A stretch of 31,548 nucleotides of DNA, from positions 1-31,548 of the IMG/VR virus record IMGVR_UViG_3300020045_003088; one strand, given 5' to 3'. The DNA comes from a virus (lineage: Duplodnaviria > Caudoviricetes). The position numbers were made by a program, and so were the translations under genes. Positions 8,385-15,274 of this stretch are shown one piece after another. The notes under the pieces are model-generated. The model was given only the letters and a program-made list of their open reading frames with translations, searched no databases and was not told the origin of the DNA. Position 1 is the stretch's first letter, and each line of letters starts with the position of its first letter.

Positions 8385-8433
8385 AAAAGACTACCTAGAT
8401 TAAACAGAGTAATTTCTGATTGATTCTAGGTAG
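8385..8433 (-). terminator. Long hairpin / probable terminator after SSB
   Basis: Stem CTACCTAGA (8391-8399)/TCTAGGTAG (8425-8433), followed by TCTTTT on the - strand. Confidence 0.5.
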
Positions 8434-8446
8434 CTTCTGGTTCATT

Positions 8447-9124
8447 CTAGAACGGAAAATCGTCACTTTCATCATTCTGTGGTGCAACTTTTGATTGAGC
8501 CTTTGGTGCTACCTTGGTCTTAGCAGATGCTGGAACCTTAGTAGAACCTCCATTACCATCACTTGCACTATCATCACCGAATTCACTTCCAGCTTCATAA
8601 TCTGAGTCTTGCTTGACGTACTCGATCATGTTGGTGACTAGTAGATTCTTCAGGTACAAAGACGAACCACCGTTGGAACGATCAAAACGATCAATACTCA
8701 CTGTGCCGTAACTTCCATTTGCTACAGCCTTTGTAGTAGTCACTTCTACCATTGTATTCTTAATCTTCTCAAATACTTTTGGTTTGTGAATATCAGGCAG
8801 AGGGCGTCCAGTTTTACCTAATTGTGTTGATTTCCGTAAAGTTAGTACCCAAACATTTTTCCCAGCGTCTTCTGGTGGCGCTACTTTGTACACACTTTCA
8901 AACTCAGCAGATTTAACTTTCTTTAGACTCAACATTGTATCCAGTGATTTTGCATAGCTTTCCAAGTCATCAACGAAGTCCTCTGAAGTAAGAACTACTG
9001 AACATTTGTATTCGTCTGGTTTTGGGGGAGTGCCGGGTTTTACATAGGCTTTAACGGGTTCATTCATTTGAACATAGCAAAGCATTCCGCTGATTTTCGA
9101 GAAGTCTTGATTTGTATTTGACAT
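8447..9124 (-). CDS. ssb: Single-stranded DNA-binding protein (T7 gp2.5-like)
   Basis: OB-fold-like body, flexible linker, acidic C-terminus ending DESDDFPF; replication gene context. Confidence 0.7.
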   Translation of the reverse strand: MSNTNQDFSKISGMLCYVQMNEPVKAYVKPGTPPKPDEYKCSVVLTSEDFVDDLESYAKSLDTMLSLKKVKSAEFESVYKVAPPEDAGKNVWVLTLRKSTQLGKTGRPLPDIHKPKVFEKIKNTMVEVTTTKAVANGSYGTVSIDRFDRSNGGSSLYLKNLLVTNMIEYVKQDSDYEAGSEFGDDSASDGNGGSTKVPASAKTKVAPKAQSKVAPQNDESDDFPF

Positions 9125-9133
9125 TTTGTTTCC

Positions 9134-9673
9134 TTATGGAGTGATTGATAAATTATCCACTTTTAAATCCAGATGACCATACATTACGTACACCCAATCT
9201 GCAAAAAGAAGTAGTTCTGCTATTGTAGCATTTGACTTCATTGTATTAGCTTTATGACTAATAACTTGTACATTATTTTTGATGTAACCAAGTTCCGGTA
9301 CTATCCTATCCAATGAAGGAGAACTAGGTGCTACTTTACTCTCAGCAACTCCTAATTTTACTTTTAAAATTGGACAATACTCTGGGATTATTACATCCTC
9401 TTTTGTTATATTAAATGGTAGACAAAATCTTTTAGCTCTAGACCTTGCAAGCATTAACATATTTAAAAGCGGACTTCTTAATCTCTGTGCTCTGGCTGCA
9501 ATTCTTCCAGCTTTTCTTGACTGTTCTAAATCAGCGTTGTAAAACCTCATTTTACAAATATTGCAATATGTCGCTAATCCATCCAGTTTTGAAGAATCTT
9601 TCCAGTACTCACTAACTGGTTTTTCAATCTTACAAAAATTACACTGTTTATAACCGTTGAACGCTAAGCTCAT
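9134..9673 (-). CDS. HNH endonuclease with N-terminal Zn finger
   Basis: CNFC...CNIC; PFNITKED...YCPIL...SPSLDRIVPELGYIKNNVQVISHKANTMK. Confidence 0.85.
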   Translation of the reverse strand: MSLAFNGYKQCNFCKIEKPVSEYWKDSSKLDGLATYCNICKMRFYNADLEQSRKAGRIAARAQRLRSPLLNMLMLARSRAKRFCLPFNITKEDVIIPEYCPILKVKLGVAESKVAPSSPSLDRIVPELGYIKNNVQVISHKANTMKSNATIAELLLFADWVYVMYGHLDLKVDNLSITP

Positions 9674-9923
9674 TTACTGTTCATATAATCCCTTCTAAAA
9701 CACGCAGAGTGTTTTTAACCTTTACAAGTCGTTGTCAGGTGGTTAAACAAGTCCACCAACTATACATAATCTCAATTGAATTGTAGAGATAAACCAAGTA
9801 TTTGGTCAGGAGTTATCAAAGTATTCTAGCACAAGTACTGAGTCATTTGATCTATTGTTTCAACTCGTTTATCCTGATGCTGTTACAGCTTCCGAGATTA
9901 TCGGAGAATGACTCCGAAGCATT

Positions 9924-10000
9924 TGGTGCGAGTGGAGAGACTTGAACTCCCGACATGTTGTGTAGAAGACAACTGTTCTATCCAACTGAACTACACCCGC
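9924..10000 (-). tRNA. tRNA-Arg (anticodon UCU), CCA encoded
   Basis: Acceptor stem GCGGGTG/CACTCGC plus ACCA; D arm GTTC-AGTTGGATA-GAAC (A20 Arg determinant); anticodon arm GTTGT-CTTCTAC-ACAAC; T arm GGGAG-TTCAAGT-CTCTC. Confidence 0.93.
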
Positions 10001-10013
10001 TTTCTTAACCTGT

Positions 10014-10041
10014 ATTGTATCACGATTTACTCCAGATACAA
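10014..10041 (-). promoter_or_regulatory. Sigma70-like promoter for the tRNA
   Basis: TTGTAT-16 nt-TACAAT with extended TG, 13 nt upstream of the tRNA 5' end. Confidence 0.55.
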
Positions 10042-10055
10042 CAGAGATTGAATCT

Positions 10056-10430
10056 TTAGTACACTTGGAAGAACTGAACAACTTCAACTGTTTTTGGTAC
10101 TACAAAGAACCACTCGTCATAGTCTGAGCCATCGTAGGATTGATAACTTCCGCTGAACTTCACATAAACATTTTCTGTTCCATGAGTGAACTTATAAACT
10201 GACCAGTAATCCTCTCCTTCTCCCTCGCCACCGTGATTATCAACGTGTTCGTAATCAATATTAAGACCTTTGGCTGTATTAACGAATACTTCTGTTTCGC
10301 TTCCTTCGTCCGTCCATTTGTTAATTTCTGGAGTATCTGAACCAAAGAAACTATTTAGAACATCTGAACCTGCTGTGTCCAAGAGAACTTGGACTTTATC
10401 TTTCAAAGAAACTACCTTTGCTGTTTTCAT
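10056..10430 (-). CDS. Hypothetical phage protein
   Basis: 124 aa; AAAGGT RBS; GGEGEG and YQSYDG motifs. Confidence 0.7.
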   Translation of the reverse strand: MKTAKVVSLKDKVQVLLDTAGSDVLNSFFGSDTPEINKWTDEGSETEVFVNTAKGLNIDYEHVDNHGGEGEGEDYWSVYKFTHGTENVYVKFSGSYQSYDGSDYDEWFFVVPKTVEVVQFFQVY

Positions 10431-10463
10431 ATTTACCTTTCTGTTGTTGACTGGATTAAGACT

Positions 10464-11267
10464 CTATTGTACTTCACTAAGTAACTTATTTTTCACTTCA
10501 TTGAACTTATTTTTACTGAACAACTCAACTGCACTTGGATAATTGTCCAGAGCAAAATCCCTGAACCAACCAGAAGTCAACGTAGTACAAACCTTCTGAA
10601 GTGCTTTCATGTAAGCTGCCTTGGTGGGATAATTCCAGTCCTTAGGAACTAAAAAGCGTTCAGTAGCTATAACCTGTGTTTCTTCAGCTACACATTGTAC
10701 CTTTTGCTTGTGGGTTAGATTATCCCATAACTCCAGATTGCATTTGGCTAACTCTGGATTTATTTGTAGCTTAGTGTACATAGGTCTATCTTCATAAGCA
10801 AATAACTCATGAAGGTAGTCATGATTGTACCTCTTATACACTGCGTCATTAAAGAAGGAATCAACTGACTGATTCAAGTTTGGTTTAACCTGAGGGAATG
10901 CCTCTAAAGTCATTTGAGTTCTTTGAGCTAAGAAAGCCAAGTCGCTCTCGTTCCAGAACTTATTCTGATATTCAAGGTATTTCCAGTAGTGAGTTATGTG
11001 CTTATCAAAACTCAAATCACGGTGCAGATGACTGCGCTTTACTAGAGATAACCCCTTCAATGAAAGCACATGAAATGTATTTCCGTTGAATTGAAGTTTC
11101 TCGTCTGTACAATACCTGAATAAATCATCATTGTTCAAGATGAATCTATCGTGAAATTCCGCGCCCTCTATTGGAGAACAACTAATGACATCCCAATCAG
11201 AATCATCCAGAATAGGAACAGCGGGGTTCCAGTAGTTCATTGCTCTTGATCCGATTAGAATGTTCAT
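10464..11267 (-). CDS. Putative nucleotidyltransferase-fold protein (Pol beta superfamily)
   Basis: N-terminal LIGSRA...DSDWDV (hGS...DxD); central HDYLHE motif. Confidence 0.55.
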   Translation of the reverse strand: MNILIGSRAMNYWNPAVPILDDSDWDVISCSPIEGAEFHDRFILNNDDLFRYCTDEKLQFNGNTFHVLSLKGLSLVKRSHLHRDLSFDKHITHYWKYLEYQNKFWNESDLAFLAQRTQMTLEAFPQVKPNLNQSVDSFFNDAVYKRYNHDYLHELFAYEDRPMYTKLQINPELAKCNLELWDNLTHKQKVQCVAEETQVIATERFLVPKDWNYPTKAAYMKALQKVCTTLTSGWFRDFALDNYPSAVELFSKNKFNEVKNKLLSEVQ

Positions 11268-11290
11268 TAGTTTCTTTCTTAAGCTATTAT

Positions 11291-12295
11291 TTATTTCACA
11301 TGAGTATAAGTCAAACCATCACGAATACGTGCAATAGTCCTTGGGCTAACTGCGAAGTAATCCGCGATTTGAGCTAGGCTTCGTTGACCAATCATACCAC
11401 GAATTGTATGTACTTCAGTATCATCCAATACTCCATTAAAATTCACTGGTTTATCTTCGTAGTATTGTACTGTATCTTCTTCGATTTCATTCAATTCTTC
11501 CTCTTGTACTTCCGCTTCTTTGTACCAGAAATCCAACGTAAACCCCTCGTCTAGCTTAGTATGCGGAAGTTTATACCCGTCTAGCTCTGACTCGCCTACG
11601 ACCTCGTATCGGCAAGTACGTCCTTTACTATTATTATAATCAGCCGGAATTGCCACGACATCCTTTGGATTAATCTTCACGATCACGATGCGTTCACCGT
11701 GAAAGCTCTTCAAGTAATCAAACGAACAGAAATGCAAACCAGCAGAGCAAGTACGGTTCTTATCGTCATCTACAGCGTTACGATCCATTTCAAGTACATT
11801 ACCCACTGAATTATCCATTGTACCTGAGTGGCAGTCCAGATAATCCTCACGTACTCGCTTGTACGCCAAGAAGTGACCATCTGGTGTGATTGGCAAGGTG
11901 CAAGCCTCCAAGAAACCAAACAACTCGTCTACTGCGCGTTTAGAGGGATTCTGCATGAGGTTAGCAATGAACTGAACCATTGGTTGTACATCCAGCCCTA
12001 GGCGAATAACTTCAAATACACGGGAAGCGATCAAACCAGTTACTTCACGATCTTTATAGAAAATAGAAGCACCTTCAATCCGCACATCAGTGCTAATGCT
12101 ACTCAGGCTACTAACGATAGTCTCTTTGATGTTAACGGCAGAGCGTACTGCGTTGATATCCTTAGAGCGTACTGCTTGCAGAACTAACTCGTAAGTCTTT
12201 GCTTGCTTGTTGATTGTGTAGGAAGCTCCATCGACAAAGACTGTCAAGCTATCAGAGCCAAGGATGAAGTTCAGGGTATTGTTCAATGCTGTCAT
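11291..12295 (-). CDS. rIIB: RIIB protein with C-terminal HTH
   Basis: NPS...ELFGFL...ITPDGHFLAYK...CSAGLHFCS...INPKDVVAIPADYNNSKGRTCRYEV; directly follows rIIA. Confidence 0.9.
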   Translation of the reverse strand: MTALNNTLNFILGSDSLTVFVDGASYTINKQAKTYELVLQAVRSKDINAVRSAVNIKETIVSSLSSISTDVRIEGASIFYKDREVTGLIASRVFEVIRLGLDVQPMVQFIANLMQNPSKRAVDELFGFLEACTLPITPDGHFLAYKRVREDYLDCHSGTMDNSVGNVLEMDRNAVDDDKNRTCSAGLHFCSFDYLKSFHGERIVIVKINPKDVVAIPADYNNSKGRTCRYEVVGESELDGYKLPHTKLDEGFTLDFWYKEAEVQEEELNEIEEDTVQYYEDKPVNFNGVLDDTEVHTIRGMIGQRSLAQIADYFAVSPRTIARIRDGLTYTHVK

Positions 12296-12391
12296 GATTT
12301 TCCTTTAAGGTAAGAGGTTTAACTGGGTTAATTACTGGAGAGCCTTGATTGTACATCCAATCTTAGCTCTTTGTGGAAAAATTACATGGAC

Positions 12392-14482
12392 TTAAAGCAC
12401 TTTCTGCATTTGCTTCAAGTACTCACACAGATGCAAGTCAGGAACGGCGCGGTTCATTTCCCAAGGTGAGAGCTTCAAAAGAGGGTACTTATTCAGTATA
12501 TCCTGATAGAACCCATTTAACTTGTACTTACGATCAGTAAATGTAGTGCTAACCAGAGAGTGATACCTCATAAATTTCACCTTAGCGTTGAACTCAGGCG
12601 TAATCTTGCTATCACTGTAGACTGCACTTTTCTTTACTTTGTTAGCAAAGCTAATCAAACGAGCCAATTCATTATTTGGTGCTTTACTTGTAATCATATT
12701 CGCTTTACTGTTCCAATCATGAACTTGAGATTTAACAGCAGTGTAGAAAACATTCTTCCTGTAGATGAACAAATCCTCATTTGACTTATGCTCTTCAGTC
12801 TTCTGGTTGATGTACTGCTCTAGTGTAATACAGTTCTCGTTCAAGTGCTTCACTTGGGCTGGACGCACAGCAATCAAGTCCAGTACATCGTCGAATTTCT
12901 TCAGTTCCTCATACTGGCTAATACGTGATACATCTTGAAAATCAATCAAGTTAGCGTCCTTGACTTGGACGTAAACCATAGGCTCAGTGACTTCTTTCAA
13001 TACTTCATAAGATTTCTCCCAATCACGGATATTGTCACCCTCGGTGTACTCGTAATAGCTCACCACAGCACTCTTAGAACGTACTCCAGACGCTGTAGAC
13101 GGTAAAACAATACTACTCATCAAGATTACGTTATCAAAGCCTCCAAGGGCTGTTTTAACGCTGTCTATGCTGTAGTTCTTATCGAACATTTCAATCTCGT
13201 ACACCTGCTGCAACCTTGGGTTGGTCTTGAACATGGACTTGATCTTACTGGCAGATAGATGTGTTTTATCTCTAAGGACTACCAGCATCTGCTCTGAAGG
13301 GATCGGACGTACCCTACCAGCACTGCGCTTTTTATTCTTCATTGAGCGATCAATGTGGTAGACCATACCTAAAGAAAGAACTGCACCAGTAGGTCGCATC
13401 AGTGTCTCAAGCAGAAAGTACCAGTCTTGACCGTATTTTGTAGCCGTACTAAACTGATAATCCTTGGCTAAACGGCCCAACACTGAACTTGAGTTCAAGT
13501 ACTCTGCGCGTTCCCATTCTGTTGCTTTACTAGCAAGCTGACTATTAATGTACTCCTTGACCTGCTCACGAACCAGTGTCATCTTAGCGTCAATATTAGC
13601 CAATGTCTGAGCGTTGTACTCTACACCTTCACGAGAAGCAGTTACACCAATTTGACCAATATCGAAATTCAACTCAATGTAAAGCCCGTTGTTACTCTCA
13701 AAGAACTTATAGTGTTCTGGCATTGCCTCCCTGAGATTATCAATAGCCAAAGGATAACCCACGTTTCCTTGAATAATATAAGGAGCTTTCTTGTAGTAAG
13801 AATTACCAGTATCAATAATACGAGCATCAGTTGTCTCAAGGATAGTAACACCACCTTGTTCTTGATAAGTGCAAGTTCCGTTCTCAATCTTGGGTTTGAC
13901 CTTGAAGAATTTCAACTGTTCTTGAACTTCATTCTTGAACTTACCGTAGTCTTGGCTCTTGACTGAGAGTTTAATCTCGACACCACTTGGCTCAGTTGAT
14001 TCACTGCTGTACATTTCGATGATGTTCGGTACGCCTGACTCAGTGATGAATGCGGAGTAGATCGTGCAGATTCCGTTCTGGTAAGAAGTTACCGTGAACT
14101 GGTCAGTGTAGCTAAAAGGTGTCTTTGCACCGAGTCCGTAGGCGCCTATTGAATCATTATTATTCTCTTTAGTACTCTGGAAGTACACGGTAAAGACACT
14201 CCTGATGTCAGTTGCGCTTAGTCCTTTGCCGAAGTCCCGTACAGAAAACCAAGGTTCAAAATTATCAGGGAGATGAATGACGAACTCTTGATCAGCTTTA
14301 CCAGCATCAACGTGAGCATCGTAGGCGTTACAAGAAATTTCACGCACAATGGAACCCGATTTGTTCTGGTAAAGTGTATCAGACAGAACACGGAACGCTT
14401 TCCCGTTCATTGCTATAGTGAACGAGCCTGTGTTGTTACCACCTTGGACTTCGACTGGAGAGGACTGTGTAGTGAGCTTCAA
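12392..14482 (-). CDS. rIIA: RIIA protein (GHKL ATPase N-domain)
   Basis: LSDTLYQN...VREISCNAYDAH...RDFGKGL...STK...IGAYGLGAKTPFSY; ASREG; TTG start with AAGGA RBS. Confidence 0.9.
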   Translation of the reverse strand: MKLTTQSSPVEVQGGNNTGSFTIAMNGKAFRVLSDTLYQNKSGSIVREISCNAYDAHVDAGKADQEFVIHLPDNFEPWFSVRDFGKGLSATDIRSVFTVYFQSTKENNNDSIGAYGLGAKTPFSYTDQFTVTSYQNGICTIYSAFITESGVPNIIEMYSSESTEPSGVEIKLSVKSQDYGKFKNEVQEQLKFFKVKPKIENGTCTYQEQGGVTILETTDARIIDTGNSYYKKAPYIIQGNVGYPLAIDNLREAMPEHYKFFESNNGLYIELNFDIGQIGVTASREGVEYNAQTLANIDAKMTLVREQVKEYINSQLASKATEWERAEYLNSSSVLGRLAKDYQFSTATKYGQDWYFLLETLMRPTGAVLSLGMVYHIDRSMKNKKRSAGRVRPIPSEQMLVVLRDKTHLSASKIKSMFKTNPRLQQVYEIEMFDKNYSIDSVKTALGGFDNVILMSSIVLPSTASGVRSKSAVVSYYEYTEGDNIRDWEKSYEVLKEVTEPMVYVQVKDANLIDFQDVSRISQYEELKKFDDVLDLIAVRPAQVKHLNENCITLEQYINQKTEEHKSNEDLFIYRKNVFYTAVKSQVHDWNSKANMITSKAPNNELARLISFANKVKKSAVYSDSKITPEFNAKVKFMRYHSLVSTTFTDRKYKLNGFYQDILNKYPLLKLSPWEMNRAVPDLHLCEYLKQMQKVL

Positions 14483-14526
14483 GATATTCCTTATTAGTTA
14501 ATTCGATGTAGTGATTGTAGTGTACT

Positions 14527-14730
14527 TTAGCTGCCTTCTTGCATAACCGCTTGAATTAAATACAATTTAACTTCAGTCTGATCTCTAGCCGATCCTTTCC
14601 AGAGTGAAATCGGTGTTTTACCACCGAAGGCTTTGTTTGGAGTCTTCCACCAAGATTGAACGAATCTTTGACCTACTAGACGCCCAAGCACAGCGTTCAA
14701 TGCTTCTTTGATATTAACTTTGCGTTTCAT
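14527..14730 (-). CDS. Stand-alone Xre/MbcA/ParS antitoxin C-terminal toxin-binding domain (DUF2384-like)
   Basis: Signature WWKTPNKAFGGKTPISL...EVKLYL (W..PN..FGG.TP..L...V..YL). Confidence 0.7.
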   Translation of the reverse strand: MKRKVNIKEALNAVLGRLVGQRFVQSWWKTPNKAFGGKTPISLWKGSARDQTEVKLYLIQAVMQEGS

Positions 14731-14891
14731 TTATGGCTCCTTGGTGATTTTGGGTTCTTAGCCCAAGAAATAGACTTGCTTTTATATCCATAAGTAATCC
14801 ACAGTTGCCAACGATGACTATCATAGGTAGTACTCCTGCGTAGACCAATACCTAAAGACCATTGGTTAGAAACGCTGGTATGGACTTTCAT
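14727..14891 (-). CDS. Hypothetical protein (54 aa)
   Basis: Manual translation MKVHTSVSNQWSLGIG...; ATGA overlaps at both ends. Confidence 0.55.
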   Translation of the reverse strand: MKVHTSVSNQWSLGIGLRRSTTYDSHRWQLWITYGYKSKSISWAKNPKSPRSHK

Positions 14892-15046
14892 TCAGTTTCT
14901 CCTCTAATCTCAATCCCGTTAACCCTGAAGTACTCAATGTCTTCTTTGATATTATCTGTGCTATCTATCGTAACCATCTGGTTGAACTTACCATCAACGT
15001 ACCTTGCTGCGAGAGAACCTTCGATTTTTACTAGAATTGGTTTCAT
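14888..15046 (-). CDS. Hypothetical protein (52 aa)
   Basis: Manual translation MKPILVKIEGSLAARY...; ATGA overlaps at both ends. Confidence 0.6.
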   Translation of the reverse strand: MKPILVKIEGSLAARYVDGKFNQMVTIDSTDNIKEDIEYFRVNGIEIRGETE

Positions 15047-15255
15047 ACATTCCCTTTCGTTTGTTGCTCAGTAGCACTAAGTGTATCACTGATTTGCATA
15101 CTTAGATAAGCCTTAGCTAACTTCTTTGTAGGAGCGTAGATGCACTCCTGCGTTTGATTGCCAGCCTCGTCCAGAGTGTAGCCAACCCAAGAACCCAAAG
15201 AGATACGTAGATAAATCTGTCGGAGGACTTGTGTTGTATTGCGTGTTTTAGGCAT
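15043..15255 (-). CDS. Hypothetical protein
   Basis: 70 aa, directly after a TGaTACACT promoter-like motif (possibly leaderless). Confidence 0.55.
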   Translation of the reverse strand: MPKTRNTTQVLRQIYLRISLGSWVGYTLDEAGNQTQECIYAPTKKLAKAYLSMQISDTLSATEQQTKGNV

Positions 15256-15274
15256 GGATGGAGTGTATCAGGTT

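Noticed and set aside
9134-9923. Group I intron containing the HNH gene (CAACGACT resembles the J6/7-P7 element)
   Set aside because: No interrupted host gene: the tRNA and SSB are each complete. No matching P7' or P9 region is evident, since SSB starts about 10 nt after the HNH stop.
9924-10000. Amber suppressor tRNA (CUA appears in the anticodon loop)
   Set aside because: The 5-bp stem GTTGT/ACAAC fixes the 7-nt loop CTTCTAC, so positions 34-36 are TCT (Arg). CTA is off-register by one, and the A20 Arg determinant is present.
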